A stretch of DNA of 64,000 nt from a virus (taxonomy: Duplodnaviria; Caudoviricetes): positions 1 through 64,000 of the IMG/VR virus record IMGVR_UViG_2731957907_000001. The stretch is one strand, 5' to 3'. The notes under the pieces were generated by a model. That model saw nothing but the letters and a program-made list of their open reading frames with translations, ran no database searches and was not told where the DNA came from. The number at the start of each line of letters is the position of its first letter. The stretch's first letter is position 1. The translations under genes and the position numbers were made by a program. Below, in pieces: positions 20,229 to 30,288 of this stretch.

Positions 20229-21124
20229 ACGTGTTCCTACGCGAAGGGGGGGATATGGTCCCTACCGACGTGGTTCTTGCTTGGCGCAATCGCTCCGATC
20301 TGGCCCCAGTACCCCGAACGCTTGAGTTCACCGTGAAGCTGATCGATGGGGTGAAGGAGCGGGTAAAGGCGGGGGCCTCGGTATGGTCCGGTCGTGAAAA
20401 CCTCGAGTACCTAATCGTTAAGACGGACCGCGGCCAACCCCTGGGCCAGGTCCAGGGCGCCAACCAGCAACAAGCGATGAAGGTAACGGCGCTGTTGCGC
20501 AACTGTGCGGCGATCGCCAGCGCCCGCTCCATGGCCGTGATCCAGGAGAACACCACATTCGGGGCAGCGTACCGCGCGTGCGGTGCCTACGCGCAGGTTG
20601 AAAACGACTTCGCGGTGCCTCGGTTTTCATGCTTCAAAGGCAAGATCCCAAGCTTTCCACTGGTGCAGATCCTCCAGGAAGAAGGCGCCGCCCTGATCAT
20701 GCGCAAGGGCCGCATCGGCGCTATGCGTTTGGCTGACATGGCCAAACAGGTGCCGGTAGATAGCATTGGCCAGATCGACAGCACGGCGAAGATCGAAAGC
20801 GACTACCTCCAGCTGCAAGAGATACCGAGCTACTACAGCACCAACGTTAACGCTGGCCTGGTAAATGGACCCAACAGTCAGGTGCGAGCCATCGACTACC
20901 GGCCTCGAGCAGACGTGCGCCGGCTGCGCAACGCTTCAAGCGTGCTGGTCAGGGCCAATACGGTGGATAGCACCATCTGCCAGCAGATCCTTGCGGGAGA
21001 CGTTCTGCAGGTGGCCGGGGAGAACCTGATAGTGATTACGGCGCTCCATGCGATGGAGAACCTTGAAGGGGCTCAGGAGAGCCGTAGCAGGCTTTGGCTT
21101 GGGAGACTCGAGAATGCCATTTGA
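20225..21124 (+). CDS. Putative baseplate hub protein
   Basis: Directly upstream of spike and PAAR; about 300 aa. Confidence 0.55.
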   Translation: MNVFLREGGDMVPTDVVLAWRNRSDLAPVPRTLEFTVKLIDGVKERVKAGASVWSGRENLEYLIVKTDRGQPLGQVQGANQQQAMKVTALLRNCAAIASARSMAVIQENTTFGAAYRACGAYAQVENDFAVPRFSCFKGKIPSFPLVQILQEEGAALIMRKGRIGAMRLADMAKQVPVDSIGQIDSTAKIESDYLQLQEIPSYYSTNVNAGLVNGPNSQVRAIDYRPRADVRRLRNASSVLVRANTVDSTICQQILAGDVLQVAGENLIVITALHAMENLEGAQESRSRLWLGRLENAI

Positions 21125-21575
21125 TCGCTGGCCAGCCTTCATACGCAGCGTGGACAGGAATGCCAGAGAGGTACGGGTAGAGGTGCCTCCCTACACGGAC
21201 GGTGCAGATGTCTGGCCCTTGGCGCAGATCGAGTACCCCATAGGGGATGACTCGAAAGACACTGAGATTCGCCTAGTTGAGGGACTTCCCGTATGGGTAG
21301 CCTTCGAAGCTGGCGACCCTCGGTATCCCATCATCACCGGTTACAGAAACCCCAATACCGGAAACGTCGTGGGCTGGCGCCGCTGGAATCATGACAACAT
21401 CGAGCTCAATGCCGACCAGGTGGCCAACATCAATGCTGGCGAGGTGGTCAATATCAACGCCGATACGATCAACCTAACGGCGAAGACGGCCATCAACCTG
21501 GTGGTGGGTGGGTCGAGCATCAAACTGACCGGCGCGCAGATCGCAGCGATTGCTGGTGTGATCAAACTCAACTAA
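21114..21575 (+). CDS. Baseplate spike (gp5/gpV-like)
   Basis: VWVAFEAGDPRYPIITG OB-fold motif and C-terminal beta-helix repeats. Confidence 0.85.
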   Translation: MPFDRWPAFIRSVDRNAREVRVEVPPYTDGADVWPLAQIEYPIGDDSKDTEIRLVEGLPVWVAFEAGDPRYPIITGYRNPNTGNVVGWRRWNHDNIELNADQVANINAGEVVNINADTINLTAKTAINLVVGGSSIKLTGAQIAAIAGVIKLN

Positions 21576-21586
21576 CAGGAGGCTAT

Positions 21587-21850
21587 ATGCCAGGAGCAGC
21601 ACGGGTAGGTATCGACACAGCGGGCGGGGTGATCAATGGCAATCTGGCGCCGACAGTGCTGGTCAACGGGGCGCCGGTCGCAGTTGTCGGTGCTGGTGTA
21701 TCCGGCCACGGGGTAGCGGCGCACGCCGGCCCGGTGATGGTTGGGGGGAGCGGCACAGTATTCGCCTGTGGGCTGGCCATCTGCCGTGCAGGCGATGCGG
21801 CCAGTTGCACGGACACAGCGACCGGATCGGCCAACGTCTTGGTGGGATAG
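21587..21850 (+). CDS. PAAR-domain spike tip
   Basis: GAARVG, VNGAPVA..G..V..HG...H, CRAGDAASC, GSANV. Confidence 0.9.
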   Translation: MPGAARVGIDTAGGVINGNLAPTVLVNGAPVAVVGAGVSGHGVAAHAGPVMVGGSGTVFACGLAICRAGDAASCTDTATGSANVLVG

Positions 21851-21852
21851 GT

Positions 21853-21893
21853 GCAAAGGCCTGCCAACCAGGGCTGACGTGGTGCCGCACAAT
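21853..21893 (+). promoter_or_regulatory. Putative late promoter
   Basis: GCAAAGGCC box, CACAAT. Confidence 0.65.
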
Positions 21894-21924
21894 TGCCCCC
21901 ATACCTACACCATGGGGGCATACC

Positions 21925-22905
21925 ATGCCGGCAACAAACCCTCTCGATTTCTCCAGCGCTGCCAGTGCGGCTGGTGCGCTGAAGAAGGTCAAACAACTGA
22001 TGATCCGCGCCGGCCAGGCCGTTGCCGGTACCGAGTTCATCGACAAGCCCAAGCGCACCAACGGCGTCACCTACCGTCAGGCGGTGCTGACCCTGGCCAG
22101 CGGCCAACTTGTCACACTTCGCGTGACAGCCACCGGTGACATCTTCCAGGTGCTGCTCAATAGCACCGTCGTACCGATCAAAGCCCACGACGACACTGCC
22201 AAGGCAGTAGCTGAAATTGCCGCCTTGGCTGAAAAGAACCAGGCCGCGTTCCAGAAGGCCCAGGCGCGCAAGGCTATTGCGCTTCCTCCCGGGATGACCA
22301 CGCCGAAGCCGAAGATGGCCGCCGTGTTGGCTGAGCGCGGAGCGCAGCTGGATATCCTGATTGCCGAGCGGCGTGCCACCGTGGCCGACCTGCAGCAGCA
22401 GCTGGGCGCCATGACCGACTCCAGTGAAACTGTGGACGAGCAAGGCCCGGCAATGCCCTTTGCAGCAGCGTACATCGCTGCCTGTGACGTGGTGACGGCC
22501 AAGCCCGAATTGCTCGACAGCGCCGCTACAGCGGACGCTGTGGCACAGTTACGCATCGCTTTGGATGTGGTGGAGACGAACCAGCCGATCAACCAGGCCG
22601 CCGGCAACCTGGAACAGGCAAATTACGAGAAGCGGTGCGCCGAATCGTTCCGCCTGGCCATCAGCATGCTCGATAGCGCAAGCAAAGCGCTGACTGAGCC
22701 CGGTCTGGAGCAGCTGGTGGCGATCGCCGCGATATCCGCAGCAGAGGACGGCGATATCAAGAGCCAGGAAGCGCTGGCTGAGCTCTTGGGCCTTGGCCTG
22801 GTTGAAGCCACGGACGGTCTGTACATCGTCACCGCGAAGGGCAACAGCGCCCTAGAGGACGCCGGGTATGACGTATATGGCGAGCCTTTCGCCGCCAACG
22901 ACTAG
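21925..22905 (+). CDS. Hdf/DarA N-terminal-like head protein
   Basis: KPKRTNGVTYR...SGQLVTLRV...GDIFQVLLN...PIK resembles the DarA N-terminal domain; LLDS/MLDS motifs. Confidence 0.65.
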   Translation: MPATNPLDFSSAASAAGALKKVKQLMIRAGQAVAGTEFIDKPKRTNGVTYRQAVLTLASGQLVTLRVTATGDIFQVLLNSTVVPIKAHDDTAKAVAEIAALAEKNQAAFQKAQARKAIALPPGMTTPKPKMAAVLAERGAQLDILIAERRATVADLQQQLGAMTDSSETVDEQGPAMPFAAAYIAACDVVTAKPELLDSAATADAVAQLRIALDVVETNQPINQAAGNLEQANYEKRCAESFRLAISMLDSASKALTEPGLEQLVAIAAISAAEDGDIKSQEALAELLGLGLVEATDGLYIVTAKGNSALEDAGYDVYGEPFAAND

Positions 22906-23363
22906 ATGGACATGATGGCGTAGAGCTTGGCCACACGGTCCGCCATGCTCGCGCTGCTGGTGATAGCAAACTGGCGATCGACGAAGTGCACGATCGCCAG
23001 GATGGCCATCTGGGCATTGTCGATATTGGGGTCCAGTCGGTATTGCTGCCCCTTCTCATCGATACCATCGGTTTCGATCCGCGGCTTATAGCGCATTGCG
23101 CGTTCGCTGAACGTCAATCTGTCTTGCCCTACCATTTCCCTGTACGAACGAATCGCATCGCTCAGGTGTTCCTCTTTGAACAGCGAGTCGTAGGCCGGAA
23201 GCTTCAAGTTGGTCACCAGCGCCATACCTTCCTGGCGCTCCAGAATGCACTTCTCCGTTTGCTTGACGATGGCCAGCGTTCCATCAGGCGTGCGGTGAGC
23301 TGCAATGGTTACAGCGTCAGCACCGTTCGAGCCGTACCCGCCAATCGTGCACAGAATTTTCAA
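22902..23363 (-). CDS. Hypothetical protein
   Basis: TTG start with GGGAG RBS, globular composition, convergent with hdf-like gene. Confidence 0.65.
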   Translation of the reverse strand: MKILCTIGGYGSNGADAVTIAAHRTPDGTLAIVKQTEKCILERQEGMALVTNLKLPAYDSLFKEEHLSDAIRSYREMVGQDRLTFSERAMRYKPRIETDGIDEKGQQYRLDPNIDNAQMAILAIVHFVDRQFAITSSASMADRVAKLYAIMSI

Positions 23364-23476
23364 GCTTTAAACTCCCGTTAAATTACTAAAAATAGTAATA
23401 TTTGCTTGTGCGTATGGATCTGTGGTGATACCTTCGATTTCCCAACCTTCAGCCAGAAGACACAAAGGAAATCCCC

Positions 23477-23698
23477 ATGACGAATGCAAATTCTAAGGTC
23501 CGCATCAACCGTAACGACGTCATCGCTTTGCTCGCCGGCATTGGCTTGGCGGTAGGGTTCGGTACCGCTGGCAAAGCTGACTATGACCAGGCCATCGCAG
23601 ATGCCTCAATGCGCAAGGTAATGGCCGAGCAGGGTCTTTGGCCCCAGACCGTAGGCGGTGAAATGGTCGCCTCAGTCGAGAACCGATCAGCTCGTTGA
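23477..23698 (+). CDS. Small membrane-anchored hypothetical protein
   Basis: AAGGA RBS, one hydrophobic segment, own terminator. Confidence 0.65.
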   Translation: MTNANSKVRINRNDVIALLAGIGLAVGFGTAGKADYDQAIADASMRKVMAEQGLWPQTVGGEMVASVENRSAR

Positions 23699-23718
23699 TC
23701 ACCACCCGAAGCACCCAG

Positions 23719-23744
23719 GCCCCGCAAATGCGGGGCTTTCTTTT
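23719..23744 (+). terminator. Intrinsic terminator
   Basis: GCCCCGCA-AA-TGCGGGGC followed by TTTCTTTT. Confidence 0.75.
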
Positions 23745-23745
23745 G

Positions 23746-23837
23746 AGCATTAAAGCGTCATGGTGCTTTAGGTGTCAAAGGCGCCTAAGTGTTCTTGATG
23801 TTTGTGATGCTACTGGTGCCTTAGTGCTTATGGCGCT
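23746..23837. repeat. Centromere/operator-like array upstream of parA
   Basis: 11 RGYRCY-like hexamers spaced 8-9 bp. Confidence 0.7.
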
Positions 23838-23908
23838 ATTGATTGATGTGTGGAACCCGCTACACTGCCCCCAACATTCAAGCCAGACACACTGCTTTAG
23901 GGGGTTAC

Positions 23909-24643
23909 ATGTCCAAAGATCCAGCCAAGCATCAGCTTGCAGAAGCTGTTGAGAAAACTACTCAGGAGCTGGTGACTCCCCCGTTCGATCACACGGTCAC
24001 CTATGCTGTGCTCAATCAGAAGGGCGGTGCTGGCAAGACCACAACTGCGATCGGGCTTGGTGAAGCCATGGCAGAGTCCGGGCTTGATGTCGTCCTGGTC
24101 GACTCAGATCCTCAAGGCACCGCCCGTGACTGGGAAGCCATGGCCTACGCATCTGGTAATCCGTTCGGCGTTCGCGTGCTTGGCGTAGATCGCCCTGTAC
24201 TGGACAAGGCTGTCCCCCCCCTCAAAGAGCAGTTCCGTATCATTGATGGTGCATCCAAAGCGAACGAACTGGCCATGAGCGCCGTCAAGGCAGCCGATAT
24301 CGTTTTGATCCCTGTCCAGCCATCGCCACCCGACATCTGGGGCACCAGTGAGCTGGTAGACATGATCAAAATGAACATGGAGGCCCGTGAAGGTGGCCCG
24401 CGTCCTCTCAAAGCATATTTCGTGGTCACCCAGGCCGAGGAAGGGACTGTGCTCTACGGCCTGGTTGGTGAGGCGTTGGCCGGGTACGGGCTCCCAGTGC
24501 TCAAAACGCGCCTGCACGACCGCCAGGACTACAAGAAGTGCGCAATCGATGGTCGTACGCCAATGAGTGCTTACCCGCGCGGCGCTGCAGCTGCTGAGAT
24601 TCGAGCGTTGAAAGATGAGGTCCTGGAACTTTCGAAGCGTTAA
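23909..24643 (+). CDS. parA: ParA partition ATPase (type Ib)
   Basis: Deviant Walker [27 protein letters not shown]; no N-terminal HTH. Confidence 0.92.
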   Translation: MSKDPAKHQLAEAVEKTTQELVTPPFDHTVTYAVLNQKGGAGKTTTAIGLGEAMAESGLDVVLVDSDPQGTARDWEAMAYASGNPFGVRVLGVDRPVLDKAVPPLKEQFRIIDGASKANELAMSAVKAADIVLIPVQPSPPDIWGTSELVDMIKMNMEAREGGPRPLKAYFVVTQAEEGTVLYGLVGEALAGYGLPVLKTRLHDRQDYKKCAIDGRTPMSAYPRGAAAAEIRALKDEVLELSKR

Positions 24644-24691
24644 GGCGCTTTGGGTGTTTAGGCGCCTATGGCACTTGGGCGCCTAAGTGTC
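24636..24691. repeat. Centromere-like array downstream of parA
   Basis: 7 RGYRCY-like hexamers spaced 8-9 bp. Confidence 0.65.
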
Positions 24692-24745
24692 TATGATGGC
24701 TTGCAAAGCCTCTGGGCCCACGAATCAGTAGATATTAGGTGAAGC

Positions 24746-24973
24746 ATGAGCACCAACAAACCCACCCTTGCAGCAGGTCGTCCCAGCTCGAGAGTTTCGC
24801 CTGCAGAGACGAAATCGACAGACAAGGACGGCATTGATCGGATCAACGTTCATTTCACCGAGAAGAACGCTCGCAAGATCCGTCTGTACGCTGCCGCTAA
24901 AGGCATGCGTGGCCCGTCGGAGGCGTTGAACAAGTTGGTTGAGGCGCTTGAGTTCGATGTGAAGCTGGACTGA
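24746..24973 (+). CDS. ParG-like ribbon-helix-helix centromere-binding protein
   Basis: 75 aa, flexible N-terminus then RINVHF beta strand and two helices; follows parA. Confidence 0.7.
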   Translation: MSTNKPTLAAGRPSSRVSPAETKSTDKDGIDRINVHFTEKNARKIRLYAAAKGMRGPSEALNKLVEALEFDVKLD

Positions 24974-24988
24974 TATCCGGTCCTAATG

Positions 24989-25014
24989 AAAAAGGCGCTC
25001 TAAGCGCCTTTTTT
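24989..25014. terminator. Bidirectional intrinsic terminator
   Basis: AAAAAGGCGCT-CTA-AGCGCCTTTTTT between convergent genes. Confidence 0.8.
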
Positions 25015-25082
25015 GCTGTACGGGTTCAGCCGTGAGAAAGCTTACCGATACACGGAGCTACGCTTGGCCTGGTGACCTTTCC

Positions 25083-25286
25083 CTAGTCACTCTCTCCGCG
25101 CCGAGCAGCCTCTAGAGCTTGCTCACACCGGTCTACTTCAGCGCTCAATCCCCGCTGCCTCTTCTCACGAAGAATTTCTAGACGACCGCTCCCCTCCCCA
25201 CGGGCAGCATCACGCTCCATTTCATCCATAAAGGCTTCGTTCGCAGCAGCCAGAGCTGCCTCTGCCTGTTGTACGGATTGACTCAT
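25083..25286 (-). CDS. Small coiled-coil hypothetical protein
   Basis: GGAGG RBS before ATG at 25286; 67 aa. Confidence 0.6.
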   Translation of the reverse strand: MSQSVQQAEAALAAANEAFMDEMERDAARGEGSGRLEILREKRQRGLSAEVDRCEQALEAARRGESD

Positions 25287-25330
25287 TTGCTGCCTCCATT
25301 GATGCACGAATGTAGCGCTTCGATTTTCAC

Positions 25331-25371
25331 GGAAAACCCCCGCAAATCCTAGCCCAAGCTGGCGATATCGT
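25331..25371 (+). promoter_or_regulatory. Putative late promoter
   Basis: GGAAAACCCCCGCAAAT box, TATCGT. Confidence 0.7.
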
Positions 25372-25401
25372 AAGCGCTTTGAAAAGGAGCGCTCACCAGC
25401 C

Positions 25402-28400
25402 ATGGCTGACACGTTTGCAAGTATTCAGGCTGCCGCCCATTCGGGAGCTTTCGGGGCTGGCTCCAAGGCCAGCCCTACCCCTGCGCAGATCCGCGCCGGC
25501 AACTACGCCAAGGGCAGTGCCCGCCTGCATGGCATGCCCATAACCATCGAAACCCCGATGTTCCAGTCCCGCCGGGGCAAGCAGGACGGGGAACCCTGGT
25601 CAGTGCTGTGCATGGCCCACTACGGCTATATCAACGGCACCAAAGGTGCTGACGGTGACGCCGTAGACATCTTCATCGGACCGGTACCAGAAAGCCTGCA
25701 GGTGTTCGTCATCAACCAGGTAAGCCGTGACGGTGCGTTCGATGAGCACAAAGTCATGCTGGGCTTTGCTGATGAGCAGTCAGCACGCGCTGCCTACCTG
25801 AACAGCTACGAGAAGGGCTGGACCGGCCTGGGCAGCCTGACGCGCTGCACCATCAAGCAATTCAAGTTCTGGCTCAAGAACGGCGACATGAGCACCCCGC
25901 TGACGCCGGCGGATCTGTGGAAGAACGACGAGGAGTTGAGCATGACCGATGTATACGTGAGCTGGAGCGCCGGCCAACAGCCCGCAGGCCTGACTCTGGG
26001 TAGCGTGCTGTATCAGCTGCGTGCGCAGGACCCAGACAACCTGCTCATGGACTGCGTGACGATGGCTGACATCGAAGAACACCTGGCCAGCGGCGCCGAT
26101 GGCACCATGCTCGATGCCATGGTGATCGAGCATCAGCAGATGGAACGCAAGGCAAACCAGTTCCTGAGGGTCATGCAAGTGGCAGCGGACCAGGTGAAGC
26201 CGGTAAGCGTGGAGGTCTCCAAGCCCTTCAAGAATCGCGGCACGACACAGGTGGCCATGCTGTTTGTAATGGATGACGGGCAGACCGTCTCTGTGTTCTT
26301 CCATAACCCGGACAGCACGCCCAACAAGCTGACTCCAACTGACGAACTGGTGAGCTGGAAATGGGTCCTCAACAAGAAAGACATCACCATCACCGTGGCG
26401 CCCGAGCGCGGCCAGGACCTTAACCCGCGTGAGGTATCCCGGCGCATCATGAAGCTGGTGCAGAAGAACAGCGCCAAGTTTGCCCAGGCCAATGCAAATA
26501 AGGTCGAGAACGATGCCAAGCTCGAGCAGCTGAAAGCAGATGAGGCCAGCAAGACCGCTGAGCTGGCCGACTTGGACAAGCAGATTGAGAGCCTAACCGC
26601 CCAGCTGGCGGCGAAAAAGGCCGCACCTCGCGAGGCATCGCTTTTCAACGAACCGTCGCCTAGCCCTGATACGCGTGACAACCTGGCAAGGTTCACTGAC
26701 GCGCTCAAGGCGGGGGATGTTGATGCAGCCTTGAAGGTGACTGAAGCGATCAAAACCTTGGATGAACTGCGCACGCTGATCTTGAAAGCAGGCTTCAATA
26801 TGGGCGCCGCCCGCACGAAAGAGCAGCTCATGGCAGACGTGGGCAGCGCACTTGTACGGGCTGCCAAAGCCGGTACAGATGGGTTCGGACTCCGGGAACT
26901 CACCAAGCAGCAGGCTGCTGTGCCGTCTTACGACCAATGGGAAGGTGACGTACTCGACGCGTTAGCCGCTCGTTTGGATATCGGGCGCGGCGATGCTGAC
27001 GGTATGGCAATGGCACAGGCCTCGCTCATGAAGCAATTGCATGCAGAAGGCAAGACACCGGCTGATGCCGCTGATGCGGTGGCCAAAGCCGTAGCCGTTG
27101 AGCCCCAAACTCCGGACGAGGCAGCCATGCTTGCAGCTCACCTGGAGGAACGCGCCCAGGAGGCCGCTCAGGCTGCATTGGCTGCTGATGGCCAGGACGG
27201 TGAGGATACCGGTGAAATCGCACCAGAAGGGCGTGACAGCGTCGTGAAGACAGCCAAAGGCAGCAAGGTAACCACCGGCTTCAAGGTCATTGATGCCAGC
27301 AAGCTTGTGATCAGCCACAGCGCCGACGGTACGGTCAATCCTGATTACCCTGCAGAAATTCAGCCGCGGGATCGCGCCCGAAGTACTTCCCAGGCTTGGG
27401 TTCAGAAGACGGCCCGGAACCTCGACCCGGATAGCCTAGGGCGCACCCAGCGCGCTGATACCGGCGCACCGATCGTGGGACCTGACCGCGTGGTGGAATC
27501 GGGCAACGGCCGGGCGATGGCCATCCGTGAGGCCTACCGCCTCGGGCTGGCCGACGAATACCGCGAATGGCTGGAGGAGAACGCGGAGTACTTCGGCGTC
27601 GACCTGGCCAAGATCAAGCGCCTGAAGGCCCCTGTCCTGGTCCGCGTGCGTACTAGCGCGATCGATCGGGTGGCGTTCGCTGTGGAAGCCAACCAGGACG
27701 ACAAGCTGGCGCAGACTGCCACCGAGAAGGCTCGCAGCGATGCCCGCCGCCTGGATGCCGGCATGCTAGCCAAGCTGGCAGATGGTGACCTGAGTAGCGC
27801 GGCAAACCGCGACTTTGTGGCGGCCTTCTTGCAGTCCCTGGGCGACGCCGAGGCCGCCCAGTACCTGACCACCGACGGCAAGCCCACCAGTAGCTTGCTG
27901 AACCGCCTGCAGGCGGCATTGTTCGCTGGCGCTTACTCGGACGATCGCCTTCTTGAGCTCACGGCGGACGTGGCCAAGCCCGAGATTGCTAACATCGTCG
28001 CAGCCTTGAATAGTGCCGCCCCAGACTTCATGCGAGCCAAGAGCCTGGACCGTATAGGCGCTGAAACCGCAGGTGGCCAGGTTGCCGACTCGGTAGAGCT
28101 GTCGCTGAATCAGGAGGCGGTGAGTGCGATCATCGCGGCCACCAACCTGCTGCGCCAGGCCAAGGACTCAGGCATGGGCCTGGATGAGTTCCTGCGCCAG
28201 GGCGACATGTTTGGCGGTACTGACCCGGCCGTGGCTGCCATGGCCGTATTCATCCAGGCGAACAATCGCAGCGCCAAGCGTATGGGCACCGCTTTCAAAG
28301 CCATGGCCCAGTTTGTGGAAAGCGAGAACGCGCGCAAACAGACGGCTGGGCTGTTTGGTGATGAGCCAGCCAGCTTCACCGATATTGTGGCCGCGGCCAA

Positions 28401-28725
28401 TCGCAAGCTTGAGCAGGAGTATGGTGAAGGCTTGTTTGCGATCGACCAGGGCGATATGTTCGCCGCACCGCCGGCGGCGCCTGCTGCTGAGCCATCCCCA
28501 GAACCCGCCCCGGAGCCTGACGTGGACGACGACCTGAAGCAAGCCAAAGCCTACCTGGACAGCCTCATTGCAGGTGATGCCGATCTGGGGGCACCTGACC
28601 AGGTGCTGGCCCGGCTCGAAACCATCTACGAGAAGTTTGGTGAAGGCGAGCTGAAAGACCTGTTCGAGGAGGCATCGAATGCTTTCCGAGACTACGCCCT
28701 GAAGGTCACCGCCGACGCGCTGTAA
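25402..28725 (+). CDS. Polyvalent DarA-like protein: inorganic-pyrophosphatase-like + DarA-N + DdrB-type ParB + DarA-C-like
   Basis: HYGYINGTKGADGDAVD and FDEHKVMLGF (InPase); KPFK...DGQTVSVFFHNPD; QPRDR and GAPIV...VESGNGR (DdrB-ParB). Confidence 0.75.
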   Translation: MADTFASIQAAAHSGAFGAGSKASPTPAQIRAGNYAKGSARLHGMPITIETPMFQSRRGKQDGEPWSVLCMAHYGYINGTKGADGDAVDIFIGPVPESLQVFVINQVSRDGAFDEHKVMLGFADEQSARAAYLNSYEKGWTGLGSLTRCTIKQFKFWLKNGDMSTPLTPADLWKNDEELSMTDVYVSWSAGQQPAGLTLGSVLYQLRAQDPDNLLMDCVTMADIEEHLASGADGTMLDAMVIEHQQMERKANQFLRVMQVAADQVKPVSVEVSKPFKNRGTTQVAMLFVMDDGQTVSVFFHNPDSTPNKLTPTDELVSWKWVLNKKDITITVAPERGQDLNPREVSRRIMKLVQKNSAKFAQANANKVENDAKLEQLKADEASKTAELADLDKQIESLTAQLAAKKAAPREASLFNEPSPSPDTRDNLARFTDALKAGDVDAALKVTEAIKTLDELRTLILKAGFNMGAARTKEQLMADVGSALVRAAKAGTDGFGLRELTKQQAAVPSYDQWEGDVLDALAARLDIGRGDADGMAMAQASLMKQLHAEGKTPADAADAVAKAVAVEPQTPDEAAMLAAHLEERAQEAAQAALAADGQDGEDTGEIAPEGRDSVVKTAKGSKVTTGFKVIDASKLVISHSADGTVNPDYPAEIQPRDRARSTSQAWVQKTARNLDPDSLGRTQRADTGAPIVGPDRVVESGNGRAMAIREAYRLGLADEYREWLEENAEYFGVDLAKIKRLKAPVLVRVRTSAIDRVAFAVEANQDDKLAQTATEKARSDARRLDAGMLAKLADGDLSSAANRDFVAAFLQSLGDAEAAQYLTTDGKPTSSLLNRLQAALFAGAYSDDRLLELTADVAKPEIANIVAALNSAAPDFMRAKSLDRIGAETAGGQVADSVELSLNQEAVSAIIAATNLLRQAKDSGMGLDEFLRQGDMFGGTDPAVAAMAVFIQANNRSAKRMGTAFKAMAQFVESENARKQTAGLFGDEPASFTDIVAAANRKLEQEYGEGLFAIDQGDMFAAPPAAPAAEPSPEPAPEPDVDDDLKQAKAYLDSLIAGDADLGAPDQVLARLETIYEKFGEGELKDLFEEASNAFRDYALKVTADAL

Positions 28726-28746
28726 TTGACCCCACGCAGAGACAAC

Positions 28747-28770
28747 AAAGCCCGCATTTGCGGGCTTTTT
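28747..28770. terminator. Intrinsic terminator (likely bidirectional)
   Basis: AAAGCCCGCA-TT-TGCGGGCTTTTT. Confidence 0.8.
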
Positions 28771-28775
28771 GATGA

Positions 28776-29081
28776 TCATCCGTAGTGGTAACGGCACGCC
28801 ATAATGGTGAGCACACCCTGTTCGTAGCAGTAGACCAAACGGTGCTCTTTATCGATTCGACGTGACCAGTAGCCGGCCAAGTCGCCTTTCAAAGGTTCTG
28901 GACGCCCGATCCCTGTAAACGGAGTGCGCAAGATCGCTTTGATAAGCGCGTTGATCTGCTGATGCTTCTTTACGTCTGTCTCGCTCCAGTACTGATAGTC
29001 ATCCCACGCATGTGGGACAAAAGACACACTGACCTCCGCGCGAGCTTGGTCTTTATTCTTCTGTTTCAGATTCTGCGACAT
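28776..29081 (-). CDS. yoeB: YoeB/Txe family toxin
   Basis: AWDDYQYW, PFTGIGRPEPLK, WSRRIDKEHRLVY, CRYHY. Confidence 0.95.
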   Translation of the reverse strand: MSQNLKQKNKDQARAEVSVSFVPHAWDDYQYWSETDVKKHQQINALIKAILRTPFTGIGRPEPLKGDLAGYWSRRIDKEHRLVYCYEQGVLTIMACRYHYG

Positions 29082-29331
29082 TGAGGAAAATTTCCTTATT
29101 CAAGGCTTTTCCGGCTTTATGCGAAGCAATCGACTCTCGTAAACGCTTGGCATTTTCCCCTGACCCCAAAAGGTAAAGGGTTTCTTCCATGGCGTTGTAG
29201 TCCTCAAGGGACATGATGACTACGTGGTCGCCGCGTTGCCGAGTGATGATGGCGGGTTCGTGATCCCGACATACATCATCGAGTGCCTGCCTGAGGCCGG
29301 CCCGAGCCTGGCTAAATGTAAGTACGTTCAT
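29053..29331 (-). CDS. yefM: YefM/Phd family antitoxin
   Basis: TFSQAR, IITR, MSLEDYNAMEETLYLL...NAKRL. Confidence 0.95.
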   Translation of the reverse strand: MNVLTFSQARAGLRQALDDVCRDHEPAIITRQRGDHVVIMSLEDYNAMEETLYLLGSGENAKRLRESIASHKAGKALNKEIFLNVAESETEE

Positions 29332-29442
29332 TGGTTCCTCCTGGGAGTCGCACCCAAGTGTTGGCGGTTTTTCACCGCCCTCGGACAGGCCTGTTGAGGC
29401 ATGAGTAGGCTAGGTGGTGCGCGTGTTCAGTACGCGCATATC

Positions 29443-29492
29443 TGTACGTTGTCTGACGTACATTGTACGACTATTTGTACAATGTATGTCAA
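29443..29492 (-). promoter_or_regulatory. yefM-yoeB promoter/operator
   Basis: Clustered TGTAC/GTACA half-sites (TTGTACAA) like the TGTACA core of YefM operators; TTGACA and TACAAT on the minus strand (19-nt spacer). Confidence 0.65.
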
Positions 29493-29621
29493 CTGGATTT
29501 GCTCAGGGTCTGCATAGAGCTTAAACGACAATAGTGCTTATAGTGCCAATAGTGCTTTACAACATAAAGGTGCCTAATTAGGATTTGGCTGCAATCCGAC
29601 ATTTCAGCCAGAGATATCGTC

Positions 29622-30092
29622 ATGAACCAAGGCAACCCGTTCTGCCCAAATTTCGATTCAGTCCCATGCACCAGGTGCAACGCCTCAGGTGAACGCCCAT
29701 CCGCCACCGGCCTGGTCCGGAAGTGCTTCCCATGCTCTGGGACCGGGCAAATCCTCACCCGCCGCGGGCGGGTGGCGCGCGACTACATGCGCGACCTGTT
29801 GCTGACACCGGTGCACTCGGTAAGCGCTGGCCAGCACCTGTGGTTCTGCACCCAGATGCGCAAAGAGTTTGTTCAGGTGATCAGCGTCAAGCAGCACAAG
29901 CAAGGTTTCGAACTGGTTGGCCGACGCGCCGACGGCCAGACGCTGACCGTTCAACGCGAAGGGTCTGAACTGATTGAATACGCCCGCGGCGCCGATGAGC
30001 TCCAGCAGATCCGGCAGCAGGTTGAGGCCTATCAGGCCAGTCTCACACTGGGTGGCTACCCCCGCAGGAGAATGACCAAGTTAGCGGCCTGA
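29622..30092 (+). CDS. Zinc-finger hypothetical protein
   Basis: CTRCNASG...CFPCSGTG, DnaJ-like CxxCxGxG repeats. Confidence 0.65.
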   Translation: MNQGNPFCPNFDSVPCTRCNASGERPSATGLVRKCFPCSGTGQILTRRGRVARDYMRDLLLTPVHSVSAGQHLWFCTQMRKEFVQVISVKQHKQGFELVGRRADGQTLTVQREGSELIEYARGADELQQIRQQVEAYQASLTLGGYPRRRMTKLAA

Positions 30093-30202
30093 AGGGAACG
30101 CGAAGGCGCTAAAAGCATTAAGGCGTCTATAGGTCATTCAGCCCTAATAAGTCAAAGGCGCCTTAATCATTAAGGCGCGTTTACGCCTAATCCGTAAATG
30201 GT

Positions 30203-30243
30203 GCAAACCCCCGTATTTCGGGGGTTTTGTGCTGCCTGATAAT
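30203..30243 (+). promoter_or_regulatory. Putative late promoter
   Basis: GCAAACCCCCG box, GATAAT. Confidence 0.75.
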
Positions 30244-30288
30244 CCGGTGATACGCCCAGCGGGCACCTTAAACCAGGGAGAGCGGCAC

